Source: Sphingomonadales bacterium (GTDB lineage Bacteria; Bacteroidota; Bacteroidia; Flavobacteriales_D; Crocinitomicaceae). From it: DNA of 64,000 nucleotides. The notes under the pieces were generated by a model. The model made no database searches and was not told the origin of the DNA. It saw nothing but the letters and a program-made list of their open reading frames with translations. Of the stretch, positions 34,518-46,000 are shown piece by piece. The position numbers and the translations under genes were made by a program. Each line of letters opens with the position of its first letter. Position 1 is the stretch's first letter. The stretch lies in the NCBI GenBank assembly GCA_016872115.1, contig VHBC01000008.1, positions 15,430-79,429 of the forward strand, given 5' to 3'.

Positions 34518-36059
34518 ATGGATATCAAAACCCTCGAGAGTAAAAAAATCTCAGACCTTCGCGTTATCGCGCAAACAGTTGGCATTGATGCCAGCAATAT
34601 GAAAAAAGACGAAATCATCGCAGCGCTCACCGGAAACGCGCCTTCTAGCGAAGAAAATAATGCGCCAAAGAAGAGAGGTCGCAAACCAAAAGAGATGGTT
34701 GCAGCACTACCTAACACGGATGCAGAAGAAACACCAGCTGAAGTTCCTGCTGAAATACCAACCGAAAATAAGCCAGAGAACCAACGCACAACGCAGCATA
34801 GCCGAGAACGACATGAGCGTACAGAGCGTCCTGAGCGCCAAGATCAACATAGCAAATGGGAGCATCAAAACAGACCGCAGCGCAACGAACAACAACAGCA
34901 GCAACGTTCCGAACAAGCCATTAAAGAAGATCAATTTGATTTGGTAGGCATTGTCTCGGCTGAAGGCGTATTAGAAGTCATTCAAGATGGCTATGGCTTT
35001 TTGCGTTCTTCGGACTACAATTACCTCCCTTCTCCTGACGATATTTATGTATCGCAACATCAGATCAAAATGTATGGGCTCAAAACCGGAGATACCGTTA
35101 AGGCCACAATTCGACCTCCGCGCGAAGGCGAAAAATTCTTCCCGCTTGTAAAAGTCGAATCAATCAATGGCCGCGATCCTTCCTATATCAGAGACCGCGT
35201 TCCTTTTCAATACCTCACTCCGCTCTTTCCTTCTGAGAAATTCAAGCTCACAGGCCATGCCCAAGAAACGCTTTCGACGCGTGTTATGGACCTTTTTGCC
35301 CCAATCGGAAAAGGCCAACGCGGCATGATTGTAGCGCAGCCCAAAACGGGAAAAACCATGCTTTTAAAGGATGTTGCTAACGCGATTGCAGCCAATCATC
35401 CTGAAACGTATCTCATCGTTTTACTCATCGACGAACGCCCAGAAGAGGTGACCGATATGGCACGTTCAGTAAAAGCCGAGGTCATTGCCTCTACTTTTGA
35501 CGAACCAGCCGATCGCCACGTAAAGGTCGCCAATATGGTACTCGAAAAAGCCAAGCGCATGGTCGAGTGCGGTCATGACGTTTGCATCTTGCTTGACTCC
35601 ATTACCCGTCTTGCACGAGCCTACAATACCGTATCGCCTGCTTCTGGTAAAGTTTTATCAGGTGGTGTAGACGCCAACGCCCTGCATAAACCTAAACGCT
35701 TTTTTGGTTCGGCCCGTAAAATCGAAAACGGCGGTTCGCTGTCCATCCTAGCAACTGCGCTTACCGAAACCGGTTCTAAAATGGACGAAGTCATTTTCGA
35801 AGAATTCAAAGGTACCGGCAACATGGAACTTCAACTCGATCGCAAAATTTCAAACCGTCGCATCTATCCAGCAATTGACATCACAGCCTCAGGAACGCGC
35901 CGAGAAGATCTTTTGGTAGGTAAAGATGTACTACAGCGCGTTTGGTTGATCCGTAAATTTATTGCCGACATGAACCCAGTTGAAGCAATGGAATTCATGA
36001 AATCACACATGGAGAACACGCTTTCAAATGAAGAATTCTTGGTCTCAATGAACAGCTGA
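34518..36059 (+). CDS. rho: Transcription termination factor Rho with an N-terminal low-complexity insertion
   Basis: 513 aa. RNA-binding GYGFLR, Walker [17 protein letters not shown]-terminal ...[27 protein letters not shown]-rich insert of about 95 aa after the N-terminal helical bundle. Confidence 0.95.
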   Translation: MDIKTLESKKISDLRVIAQTVGIDASNMKKDEIIAALTGNAPSSEENNAPKKRGRKPKEMVAALPNTDAEETPAEVPAEIPTENKPENQRTTQHSRERHERTERPERQDQHSKWEHQNRPQRNEQQQQQRSEQAIKEDQFDLVGIVSAEGVLEVIQDGYGFLRSSDYNYLPSPDDIYVSQHQIKMYGLKTGDTVKATIRPPREGEKFFPLVKVESINGRDPSYIRDRVPFQYLTPLFPSEKFKLTGHAQETLSTRVMDLFAPIGKGQRGMIVAQPKTGKTMLLKDVANAIAANHPETYLIVLLIDERPEEVTDMARSVKAEVIASTFDEPADRHVKVANMVLEKAKRMVECGHDVCILLDSITRLARAYNTVSPASGKVLSGGVDANALHKPKRFFGSARKIENGGSLSILATALTETGSKMDEVIFEEFKGTGNMELQLDRKISNRRIYPAIDITASGTRREDLLVGKDVLQRVWLIRKFIADMNPVEAMEFMKSHMENTLSNEEFLVSMNS

Positions 36060-36598
36060 TGAAAAACGGTTGGTTGTACGCTTTGCTTTTTAGTATAGGC
36101 TGGATTGCTATCAAAATGACCGCTTACGCACTCGAATGGCACCTTGATGACATTCAAATCTTTGTTTTGCTCAATATGGCCTTTCTGACTGCGGCTATCG
36201 CTTTATTCATGTACCGTCAAAAAAGACAAGAAGCTGAGAGTAACATACTGACAGACATTAAAACCGGCCTCACTGTTGGCCTTCCCTATACCCTTATTAT
36301 CAGCTTTTTCTTGTTCTTTTATTATAGAGACATTTATCCTGAATTCAACCAACATAAACTAGCGGCCTATGCGCAAAGAATGGACTCAGCTAAAGAAATC
36401 GCTGCCATCCGAAAAACCAATAGTGCGCTTGAAAATAAAAGTGACAAAGAAATTGTACAATTGGCCAGAAAAAACACAGCCATGATGTACAACCCGCAGT
36501 TCACCTTGAGTATTAGTTTGCTGGCACTATTGGTATACAGCACGCTCAATAGCTTGCTGATTGCCGTCATTTACCGCAAAGTGATCTTTAGAGACTAG
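36059..36598 (+). CDS. Hypothetical membrane protein (DUF4199-like)
   Basis: 179 aa, 4 hydrophobic helices. TGATG overlap with rho. Confidence 0.5.
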   Translation: MKNGWLYALLFSIGWIAIKMTAYALEWHLDDIQIFVLLNMAFLTAAIALFMYRQKRQEAESNILTDIKTGLTVGLPYTLIISFFLFFYYRDIYPEFNQHKLAAYAQRMDSAKEIAAIRKTNSALENKSDKEIVQLARKNTAMMYNPQFTLSISLLALLVYSTLNSLLIAVIYRKVIFRD

Positions 36599-37946
36599 CC
36601 AGCAACTGCGCTCCCAAAGCATCGTAATCGATGCCATCAAAATTGCCACTCGACATCATGAGCAACACCTTATTGTGCCAATCTTGAGCGTTTATAAAAT
36701 CCAACACAGCGTTGGTTTGCGTACAAACTTGAACGCCACCTCCAAAACCTTCAGAGACTTCTTGACTCGCCAAAGCGGGTAGTTTCTTATGCGCCACAAC
36801 CTCGGGGCTGAAATAAACCAATGCTTGGTCAGCACTACTCATAGCACCATCGTAATGCGGTAGAAAGGCTTTTTGCAATGAGCTAAATGTATGAAGTTCC
36901 ATACACGCTACCACCTCGCGATTCGGATACTGTTGTTTAACTGCCGCTGTTGTCGCTTTGAGTTTAGATGGAGAATGCGCAAAATCCTTGTACATCACAA
37001 AATCAGGCGCCTCAACCACCTTTTGCAAACGCTTTCCTGCCCCGGTAAAATCCGCCATTGCATTTAAAAAAGAATGAGGCGCAATCGCCATTTGCTCCGC
37101 AACACGCATAGCACCCATGAGGTTTTGAAGATTGTGTGCTCCAAAAATCTGAAGTTGGTATTGTTGGCCTTCAAAATGTAGAACCGTACCGCCTGCTTGA
37201 GGTTCAAAAACCGGCGTCTGGTATGGGACTTTTTCTAATTGCGTGTTTTGTTTCGCTAAATCTACAATGACTTGATCTTCCTGGTTATAGACTAACGAAC
37301 CGTTTGGCTCTATTAAAGAAATAAATATTTGAAACTGTTCGACGTAGTTCGCAAATGTTGGAAAGACATTGATGTGGTCCCAGGCAATGCCCGAGAGCAA
37401 AGCAATATTGGGCTTGTATAAATGAAATTTTGGCCTGCGGTCGATAGGCGAACTTAAATATTCATCGCCCTCTAAAATCATGAATGAGGCTGTATCCGAT
37501 AAACGCACCATACAATCGTAACCATCGAGTTGCGCACCGACCATGTAGTCGACTTCGATACCTAATTTTGCCACGGCATGAAGGAGCATAGAGGTGATGG
37601 TGGTTTTACCATGACTGCCGCCAATCACAACACGCGTCTTGTGCTTACTTTGTTCGTAGAGATACTCGGGGTAGCTGTAAATTGGTATATTCAATGCTTT
37701 AGCTGCAGCAAGTTCTGGGTTGTCTTCACGGGCGTGCATACCCAAAATGACTGCCGACAAACCACTATGAATACGCTCGGCATCCCAGCCTAGGTTCTCT
37801 GGTAATATACCTTGTTTTTGGAGTCTAGAACGCGAAGGTTCGAAGATTTCATCGTCGGAACCCGTTACTTGAATTCCTTTTCGAGATAGCGCAATTGCCA
37901 GGTTGTGCATGGCACTCCCGCCAATGGCAATAAAATGAACTTGCAT
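36588..37946 (-). CDS. mpl: Mur ligase family protein, Mpl-like (UDP-MurNAc:tripeptide ligase)
   Basis: 452 aa. N-terminal HFIAIGGSAMHNLAIAL Rossmann region, P-loop GGSHGKTTITSM, EGDEY motif. Collinear with E. coli Mpl. Confidence 0.7.
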   Translation of the reverse strand: MQVHFIAIGGSAMHNLAIALSRKGIQVTGSDDEIFEPSRSRLQKQGILPENLGWDAERIHSGLSAVILGMHAREDNPELAAAKALNIPIYSYPEYLYEQSKHKTRVVIGGSHGKTTITSMLLHAVAKLGIEVDYMVGAQLDGYDCMVRLSDTASFMILEGDEYLSSPIDRRPKFHLYKPNIALLSGIAWDHINVFPTFANYVEQFQIFISLIEPNGSLVYNQEDQVIVDLAKQNTQLEKVPYQTPVFEPQAGGTVLHFEGQQYQLQIFGAHNLQNLMGAMRVAEQMAIAPHSFLNAMADFTGAGKRLQKVVEAPDFVMYKDFAHSPSKLKATTAAVKQQYPNREVVACMELHTFSSLQKAFLPHYDGAMSSADQALVYFSPEVVAHKKLPALASQEVSEGFGGGVQVCTQTNAVLDFINAQDWHNKVLLMMSSGNFDGIDYDALGAQLLASL

Positions 37947-37951
37947 GTATG

Positions 37952-40483
37952 TTATTTTTTCAAAACGTTGGCACCAGTTGAGTCATTGAACCATACGTAT
38001 TCTGTACTCACTTGTCCGTCTCTTGTAAAATAAGTTTTGCCGTTTTCGTCAGTGGTTTGTTCATAAACTACACCGTAACCGTTGGCATCAACAACCACTC
38101 TTCGGATCACAACTTTGGTCACGTATCCTTCCTTGTTTTTGATTTGATAGGTTTTTTCAGTCATGGAATTAGAAGGAAACAACACGCCATTTTCGTCTCT
38201 GAGGTAATTTGGCGTTGTTTTCAATTGAACTGTTGAAGCTGCAGTTTGCTGAATTTGCTCGTATTGAGCGATGCCACCATTTGTAGCGGCATCTTGCTGT
38301 ACTTGCTTTGTGTAGGCCACCGTCTGACTTCTTTGATTGAGTTCGTTGACATCTTTTTCGGCTTGTACCCCTTGTTGACGCAACTGCAAGTCTTTTTGAT
38401 TTTGAATGGTATTGAGGCGATTCAACTCGTATTGCTGACGTTCGTCGGCGGCTTTTGCTTCAGTTTGTTCTTGATAGTCTTTGGCATCTTTCCAAGTACT
38501 CAGGTTGGTTTCGTTTTCTTGTTGTCTTACCGCTGCAGCTGAATTGCGCGCAGTGATGGCTACCTCGGTAGCTTGTGCTGCATTGGCTTTATCTGCTTGA
38601 AGGGTTGCTTGGGTCTGGTCTGCTTGTCTTGTACTGAGTTCGCGCTGAGATCGGGAAAGCTCTAATTGTGCAGTCGTTTCGAAGGAGCCCACGGCTGCAT
38701 TTTGTTGAGAGAAATAGTTTTGATATTCAACCTCTGTTCGGATTTGCTGTTGGGCACGATATGGTGCTTCTTCTTTGGCATCGCGGGTTTGACGTAAATC
38801 TGAAAAAACCATTGAATTATCAGCAGTGACTTCTTGGCCGGGAGCGCTTAAACGAATGCCGGCAGGTTCAGGCTCGGGGGTATCTTTTTGAATCTGAACC
38901 ACTACTGGTGTTAGAATAGTTCGAAGAGAATCTGCACTTTTTTGCAACGCATTGAGCTCAGCGCCGCCCAAATAGACCGCATGACTCTGCGCGTTAACCT
39001 GGAGTTTTTCTAAAGCTTTTAGGGCAGCTGGGTTGTCTTTGGCTTTAACCAAACCATAAGCCGCTTTTCGTGCAGAATAATATGACTCCATGGCGCTTAT
39101 TTTTTCTTTGAGCTCAATAACCTCAGGTTCGTTTTGGCGACTTTTCATCGGGTCTGAATTGAGGATATTTTTGGCCATTGTGTAGTATTGAGGCCCTTTG
39201 TTGAAATTTTCGTTGGCTTTAGCCAACTGATTTTGATACACCTGAGACATCGAGTTAATCCCTTCGTTAACGCGTTTCATTCCGGCTTGGAGCTCTTTGG
39301 AATAGGTATCCATTAAGGTTTGCTTGTGAAAAAGTGCAATTTGTTTGTCTGATTTCTTGTAAGTTTCCAAGGCAAGATCGTATTTCTTTTGTAAATATTG
39401 ATCGTTGGCCAACTTCAGGTTTTTTTTGAGCTCAACCTCAGTTAAGACGTCTTGTTTGATGTCTTTGATTTTGCGCAACTCTGCATCGACTTGGTCTTTC
39501 TGGGCGGGTTGAATCTGAAGCGCTTCATTGTATTTTGAGGCAGCTTCATCGTAACGTTTGGCGGTCATGAGGGCAGCGGCAGCCTGCATAGTCTTTTGAA
39601 AAGCCACGGATTTGGCTTGGTTTTGTTCGGCCTCTATTCGCGCTTTAGTTACAGCCGCTAATTCTTGCTCAACGGCAGCATTACCAGGGCGCAATGCAGA
39701 AGCTTCGTTGAGTTTGCGCTCGGCAAGCGCGAGGTCTTGGGTGGAAATGGCTTGGCGAGCCTCTTCTAATAATTCAGCCTGCTTGGCCTTTTGCTCGGCC
39801 GCTAACCTTTCTTGTTCTTGCGCTTTCTGAATCAGTTGCTTTTTTTGCAAGGCTAATGGGTCGTTGGGAATAATTACTAAAATGGAATCAAGGTAAATAA
39901 TGGCCTGTTCTGGTTTTTGGATGGCTATTTGTTTGTCTGCCTCCTGAAGCAAACGGTTTTTATTTTTGAGGTGAACTGCTGCCTGGTAAGCTTCTAGTGC
40001 TTTGGTGTCTGCCTCGGACTTCACCAATGAAATATGTTCTAAACGCTGTGCAGATGGAGACCAAACGTATTTATCTGTTGGTGTATTTTTGGCAAAACTA
40101 AGATCGACATCAGGCTTTAATAAATAAAGCGCCGCATCTAAATTGCGACTTAATGTAAATCCAGTTGGTTTCTGCGTTTGTCCTTGAAACGTGGTAAGAT
40201 CAATGAGTATATATTTGGTGAGGTAACCACCTTTTGATAAACGCAATTGAATGGGTTGTCCTTGCGTAATTTTAGCTGAAATGTAGTATTGTCCGCTTTC
40301 ATTTGATAGCACTTTGGTAAGCACGGCATCTTGCTGCATGAAGTCTACGTTGACGCCAAATACGGGCTTTTGGTCTAACAAATTGGTCGTACTGCCTTCG
40401 ATTACTACTAAAAAATCGCGCTGCGCCAACGAAGCAAACGGGAGCATTAAGAGTATAAAGGCGAATAATTTTATCATGGCCAT
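37952..40483 (-). CDS. Hypothetical secreted protein with TPR-like and long Q/A/E-rich coiled-coil regions
   Basis: 843 aa. Signal peptide MAMIKLFAFILLMLPFASLAQ. Beta-sandwich-like N-terminal domain, helical repeats, Q-rich central region. 5 nt upstream of mpl. Confidence 0.5.
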   Translation of the reverse strand: MAMIKLFAFILLMLPFASLAQRDFLVVIEGSTTNLLDQKPVFGVNVDFMQQDAVLTKVLSNESGQYYISAKITQGQPIQLRLSKGGYLTKYILIDLTTFQGQTQKPTGFTLSRNLDAALYLLKPDVDLSFAKNTPTDKYVWSPSAQRLEHISLVKSEADTKALEAYQAAVHLKNKNRLLQEADKQIAIQKPEQAIIYLDSILVIIPNDPLALQKKQLIQKAQEQERLAAEQKAKQAELLEEARQAISTQDLALAERKLNEASALRPGNAAVEQELAAVTKARIEAEQNQAKSVAFQKTMQAAAALMTAKRYDEAASKYNEALQIQPAQKDQVDAELRKIKDIKQDVLTEVELKKNLKLANDQYLQKKYDLALETYKKSDKQIALFHKQTLMDTYSKELQAGMKRVNEGINSMSQVYQNQLAKANENFNKGPQYYTMAKNILNSDPMKSRQNEPEVIELKEKISAMESYYSARKAAYGLVKAKDNPAALKALEKLQVNAQSHAVYLGGAELNALQKSADSLRTILTPVVVQIQKDTPEPEPAGIRLSAPGQEVTADNSMVFSDLRQTRDAKEEAPYRAQQQIRTEVEYQNYFSQQNAAVGSFETTAQLELSRSQRELSTRQADQTQATLQADKANAAQATEVAITARNSAAAVRQQENETNLSTWKDAKDYQEQTEAKAADERQQYELNRLNTIQNQKDLQLRQQGVQAEKDVNELNQRSQTVAYTKQVQQDAATNGGIAQYEQIQQTAASTVQLKTTPNYLRDENGVLFPSNSMTEKTYQIKNKEGYVTKVVIRRVVVDANGYGVVYEQTTDENGKTYFTRDGQVSTEYVWFNDSTGANVLKK

Positions 40484-40520
40484 AAAGGGTTAGTCAAATG
40501 TTGTTATCAACGCAAATTGG

Positions 40521-40528
40521 TACATTTG
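40521..40528 (+). promoter_or_regulatory. -7 promoter box (TACATTTG) for the FAD oxidoreductase gene
   Basis: Exact TAnnTTTG, 40 nt upstream of ATG 40569. Confidence 0.35.
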
Positions 40529-40568
40529 TTTCAAACACAAATTTGCTAAAAATCAACGAGTAAAAAAA

Positions 40569-41690
40569 ATGCTACGTTTTGAACAACTTAGCTTCTGGGA
40601 ACACCAACAGTATTTGGAACAAAATACCTTTGTTATCGTGGGTGCAGGCCTCGTTGGAATGTCGACTGCACTTTCATTAAGAGAGCGGTTCCCAAAAGAA
40701 AAAATCACCATCTTGGAAAAGGGCTATTTACCGACCGGCGCCAGTACCAAAAACGCAGGTTTTACCTGTTTTGGCAGCCCTACCGAATTACTCGATGACC
40801 TACAACTCATACCAGAGCAAACCATTTGGGAAACTGTTGCTTTGCGTCTAGAAGGCCTGCAATTACTAAAAGAACGCATTGGTGATAAGGGCATGAACTA
40901 CCGAAATTGTGGGTCTTGGGACCTCATTTCTGAAGCAGAAAACCCGATTGATGCCGCTTCATTGGATTACCTCAACCTCGAATTTGAAAAGCGCTTTGGT
41001 CTTTGTGAAGTGTACCGTCAAGATAACCAGCGCATCGGCAAATTTGGCTTCAAAGGCTACCGTGCCGCATATTTCAATCCATATGAGGGTAGTATCGATA
41101 CTGGTCTATTGATTCATACACTTTACCAAAAATGCATAGCCACAGATATTCGTTTTCTATTTGCAACAGAGGTGTTTTCTTTTGAAAATAACCACGGTAA
41201 TGTACAGATCCAAACCAATCATGGTGATTTAAGCTGTGCTGAACTCTTTTTGTGCACCAATGGTTTTGCGCAGACCTATTTTCAAAACGAAATGAAACCA
41301 GCCCGAGCCCAAGTATTGATAACTAAACCACTCGTACATCAGATAAATGGTACTTTTCACAGTGAACGAGGTTACTATTACTTTAGAGACATTGGAGATC
41401 GTATTTTGCTTGGCGGAGGACGCCACCTCGACTTTAACGGCGAAACGACCACAAAATTTGAATCAAATAAGCTCATTTACGAAGCACTATTCAAAAAACT
41501 GAGCTCAGAAATACTTCCAGGGGTTCCATTTGAAATCGAGCGCGCTTGGTCTGGAATTATGTGCGTAGGCGCGGAAAAAAAACCAATTATAAGATCGCTG
41601 AACAAAAACGTGCATGCAGGTGTTCGAATGGGAGGAATGGGCGTAGCAATTGGTTCTGCCGTTGGCGCAGCCCTCAGTAAATTGGTTTAA
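40569..41690 (+). CDS. FAD-dependent oxidoreductase (DAO family)
   Basis: 373 aa. N-terminal dinucleotide-binding fold FVIVGAGLVGMSTAL...LEKG. Confidence 0.75.
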   Translation: MLRFEQLSFWEHQQYLEQNTFVIVGAGLVGMSTALSLRERFPKEKITILEKGYLPTGASTKNAGFTCFGSPTELLDDLQLIPEQTIWETVALRLEGLQLLKERIGDKGMNYRNCGSWDLISEAENPIDAASLDYLNLEFEKRFGLCEVYRQDNQRIGKFGFKGYRAAYFNPYEGSIDTGLLIHTLYQKCIATDIRFLFATEVFSFENNHGNVQIQTNHGDLSCAELFLCTNGFAQTYFQNEMKPARAQVLITKPLVHQINGTFHSERGYYYFRDIGDRILLGGGRHLDFNGETTTKFESNKLIYEALFKKLSSEILPGVPFEIERAWSGIMCVGAEKKPIIRSLNKNVHAGVRMGGMGVAIGSAVGAALSKLV

Positions 41691-41693
41691 AGA

Positions 41694-42167
41694 ATGAAGC
41701 AAAAAAAACAGTCAGTCGCATCCTTCGTCAATCCTATTGACCCGGATAAAATTGCGCTGAATCCACATTTGCTGCCCTATGCGCACAACGTTGGTGGAGC
41801 TGTGATCAAGCCTGAAGATACCGGAAAACTCAAAGGCCGGGCGCTGAGTGCCATGAACCAGCAAACCGATATGCAACTTTCTCAAATTTACGAGCAAATG
41901 CAATTATTGGCTGCCCAAGCACAAAAAATTCAAGTGCGCAAAACCATTTCAGATTATATCTACCAAACAGAATTGCGCTTTGAGCCATTGATCAATCACA
42001 TCTATCACTTATACAGAAAACCAGATCAGAGACTTATGCTATCATTAATTGATCAAAACGCTTGGGGAAGATCCGGTAAAGACCTCGTTTTTTTGGCAAG
42101 TGTTAAATTACTTGCCGATCATACCTGGGATATAATTGAGCAAAACCCAGACTTTGAATTTGGCTAA
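41694..42167 (+). CDS. Conserved hypothetical protein (DUF2452-like)
   Basis: 157 aa, soluble. 3 nt after the oxidoreductase stop. Family assignment is from memory only. Confidence 0.45.
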   Translation: MKQKKQSVASFVNPIDPDKIALNPHLLPYAHNVGGAVIKPEDTGKLKGRALSAMNQQTDMQLSQIYEQMQLLAAQAQKIQVRKTISDYIYQTELRFEPLINHIYHLYRKPDQRLMLSLIDQNAWGRSGKDLVFLASVKLLADHTWDIIEQNPDFEFG

Positions 42168-42178
42168 TAGAGGATGGC

Positions 42179-42928
42179 TTATCGAATAAAAACCCATTCA
42201 TTGGTAGTCGAGCGTGCCTCGTCAAATCGATAACCAAGTAAATCAAAAGACTTAAGTTGTTCGGAATCTTGGAGCTGTATTTGCGCACACCAACGCAGCA
42301 TGGTTCCACGCGCCTGTTTTGAAAAAACAGAAACAGCCTTTGGCTTGCCATTATTCAACTCTAAAAATTGAGGTGTGATCATGCGTGCACGCAATTTGGA
42401 ATCTTCTACAGCCTTGCTGTATTCCGCACTTGCTAAATTGATGATGAATTCTTCTTTGGAAAGCGTTTTATTTAAAAAATCTCGAATAGGCTTCTTCCAA
42501 AATGAATAAAGGGATTGTCCATCGGGTAACAAACCAGCTTGGGCCATTTCTAAGCGATAGGGTTCTACGCGTGTTTGAGCGATCAAGACGCCGTATAAAC
42601 CTGAAAGTATGCAAAGTTTTTCTTGAAGATAATCCAATTCAATTTGGTTCATGCTATCGGCATCAAGTGCTTTAAAAGCTTCACCAATATATGCAAAAAG
42701 TGCAGGCGCACTTTGGCGCTCATTCGCTTTTTTACCCCAATTTTGAATTGCACGAAAGGATTCAAGTGCTTTGTCTTCCGATAATTTCATTCGTTGCTGT
42801 ACTTCCGGTAAAGACCATAGCTTGAGGTGCTTCATCAGTATGAATGACTCTTTTTTAAGCACCAACTTTGGGATTGAAGGCGAAGTATGCGCACGCATGA
42901 GTTTAGCAGGTGACAACAAGAATATCAT
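42179..42928 (-). CDS. yaaA: Peroxide stress protein YaaA (UPF0246/DUF328)
   Basis: 249 aa. MIFLLSPAKLM N-terminus and ...RLEM...LYSFWK...INLAS.EY... are collinear with E. coli YaaA. Confidence 0.85.
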   Translation of the reverse strand: MIFLLSPAKLMRAHTSPSIPKLVLKKESFILMKHLKLWSLPEVQQRMKLSEDKALESFRAIQNWGKKANERQSAPALFAYIGEAFKALDADSMNQIELDYLQEKLCILSGLYGVLIAQTRVEPYRLEMAQAGLLPDGQSLYSFWKKPIRDFLNKTLSKEEFIINLASAEYSKAVEDSKLRARMITPQFLELNNGKPKAVSVFSKQARGTMLRWCAQIQLQDSEQLKSFDLLGYRFDEARSTTNEWVFIR

Positions 42929-43006
42929 ACGTGTAAAATTAATACTTAAGCAACTGAATTCGATAAATTTTCATAATTTCACCGTGCTAAACTCAACGGA
43001 TCAACT

Positions 43007-46000
43007 ATGAAACTACACTACCTTATCGTATGCCTATTATTTGTGCAGCAATTTAGAGCTCAACAAGCAGAATTTTATGGTTATTTCAGCCCCGGGACTG
43101 CTCAACTAATTGCAGCGCCAACAGGTGCTGATGCCAATAAAGAAATTATTGTTCCCAACTTCAAAGGCCGCGAATTAGCTGTACAAATGAGCGGCAATGC
43201 CCACCAACCCGACTGGGTCTGGCAACAACACCAAAATTACCAAAAAACAACATCTGCTAGCTTACTCTGGCAACTACAAGGCATTGGCAATGGCATTTCA
43301 CCGCCGGACCCAACCGGAGAAGCGGATTCAACGGTTTATATTCAAGGAACCAATGCAGGTAGCGGTGGTTCTTACAAAATCTTTAATAAAACCACTGGAA
43401 CAGCAATTAGCGGGACGCTGGTTATGGCTACACTCGGCAGCCCTACAGTTACCGGTCTAGGGGATCCCGTCATTCTCTATTACAAAAGCGCTAAACGCTG
43501 GATCATTACACAATTTTCCACCTCATCCCAGAAAAAACTATTGGTTTATGTCTCACAAACCAGTAATCCGCAAGGAACTTACAATTTTTACCAATTCACT
43601 TGTCCAAATTTTCCTGATTACCCCAAATGGAGTATTTGCGAAACCGCAGACGCTTTATTGGCTTCAACCAACGAAGGTGGTCCTCCGCGCGTATATGCCA
43701 TGAAACTAAGTGCGCTCATATCTGGCGCTACCTCTCCTTTTATTGGGGTGGCAATTGGATACACGCTTAACGGATTTGGTTTTCAATCCATCACACCCGT
43801 CGACCTTGAAGGTGACTTACCCGGACCGGTCGGTCAAAAACCGCTTTTTGTGCGCCACCGCGACGACGAAAAACACAGCAATGGTTCTCCGGATAGCCCT
43901 ACTAATGACTGGATAGAAATCTGGGAAATGACCATCAACTGGACGAACAACACAGGTAGTGTTGCCAAAATCCAAGATGTGCCCATTACAGAAATTGATT
44001 CAGATCTCTGTGGGCTTACAAGCTTTTCTTGTATTGCTCAACCCGGTACCACAGTCAAATTAGATCCATTGCGCGAGTGCGTGATGTACAAAGCGCCCAT
44101 GCGCGTATTCAATGACCACCAAGCTATGGTACTTTGCCTAGCCACTGACGTCAATGGAAACAACCGTGCGGGTGTACGTTGGTTAGAACTCCGCCGACCT
44201 ACGGGCAGCACCGGAAGCTGGAGTTTGTACCAAGAAGGGACCTACGCTCCAGGTACAACACTTAATCGCTGGATGCCTGCCATTAATATTGATAAATATG
44301 GCAATATAATGATGGCGTACTCGACCTCAGGTACCACTGCCCCAGATTACCCTTCCATTCAAATGACCGGTCGTAAAGCATGTGATCCGCTCGGCCAAAT
44401 GACACTTCCAGAAACCATGATCAAGCAAGGGTTGTCGGCGAGAACGTCAAATACACGATGGGGAGATTACCACCACATGTGCATTGACGACTTCGATGGT
44501 CTTACTTTCTTCTATACCGGAGTGGTCATGAACTCCAATAACAACATTGTTACCAATGTTTCGGCATTTAAAATGAATGCTGATTCTTTGGATCTGGCCA
44601 TTTTGGACGCCTTTGCAGCCCAAAGCGGTGGAATTTGCGGAACCAGCACCCAAATTGCAGTTGTCGTAGAAAACAGAGGTGCCAATGCCGTCAATTCTTT
44701 TAGCATGAGTTCTCAAGTTGGAACGGCCACAGCAAGCACACAAACTTACACCACCGCGTCGCTTAATGCTTATCAATCTGTTGACACAGTGCTAATTACG
44801 GTGAGTGGCCTACAGGCGGGTGCAAATACAATCAATCTGCAATTAGCCAATATCAATGGCAATGGCAATGATGAAAACACTTGTAACGATACATACAGTA
44901 TCAATCTCAATGTATTGGGCGCTTCTTCATTTACTGTGAATCCTATTGCAAGTCAACAACCAAGTTGTAATTCGAGTAATGGCATCATTCAGTTACAAAC
45001 AACGGGGACAGGTGCGCCTTTCACATTTAGCGTCGATAATTCACCTACCCAAACCACAAATGTTTTCAATAATCTCGCTGCTGGAAGCTATAACTACAGC
45101 GTTACGGACAACGCCGGTTGTACGGTATCAGGCACTGTGATACTTGTTGCAACTACTAATATCGCAGCCACTGTTTCTCAAACAGCAACTATATCTTGTA
45201 CCGGTTCACAAACAGCAACCATTGTGGTGAGTCCCACAGGTGGCACTGCTCCTTACAGCTTCACCATCAACAACGGTGCTGACCAAGCCAGCAATACATT
45301 TGTCAACCTCGGTGCAGGTACTTACACCATCGGTATCATAGATGCCAATGGCTGCAGCACGACGCTTACTTATATGGTCACTGAACCACCCGCATTGACC
45401 GTCAACATGATCCCAACTATGATTAGTTGTAATGGCGCAAACGACGGAATGTTAACCAGTCAAGTCAGTGGCGGAACAAGTCCTTATACCTATTCACTCA
45501 ATGGTGGAACAGCGGTAAATACACCTAATTTCAATAACTTGGCAGCAGGTACCTACATGCTTACGGCAACAGACGCCAATGGTTGTCAGCAAGCATTTAC
45601 CTCTACTATAACAGAACCAAGCGTTTTAACGCTTACAGCAAGCACTACCGTTTCCAACGGAAATGATGGTACCATTGCACTCAGTGCAACCGGTGGTAAT
45701 TCACCCTACTCATACTCAATGGATGGTCAGATCTATTACTCCGGAAGTTTCTTTGCAAACTTGGGCATCGGGACCTTTACTTGTTATGTGAAAGACAACA
45801 ATGGTTGTGTCACTAGTATAGAAGTAACGGTAAATAGTTCGAGTTTGAATGAATTAACTTTTGAATTATTGTCGCTTTATCCAAACCCAAATAATGGCAG
45901 TTTTGAAATTGAAATAGACGGTGTTCAGGGTCAAGTTATTGAAGCCAAACTATTCAATGTACTTGGGCAACAAATCAGTTCATTTAAACTTTATGCCCAA

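Noticed and set aside
34466-34947. Overlapping ORFs on both strands across the 5' part of rho
   Set aside because: They coincide with the low-complexity insert of Rho, where repetitive codon usage removes stops in several frames. Rho itself is unambiguous.
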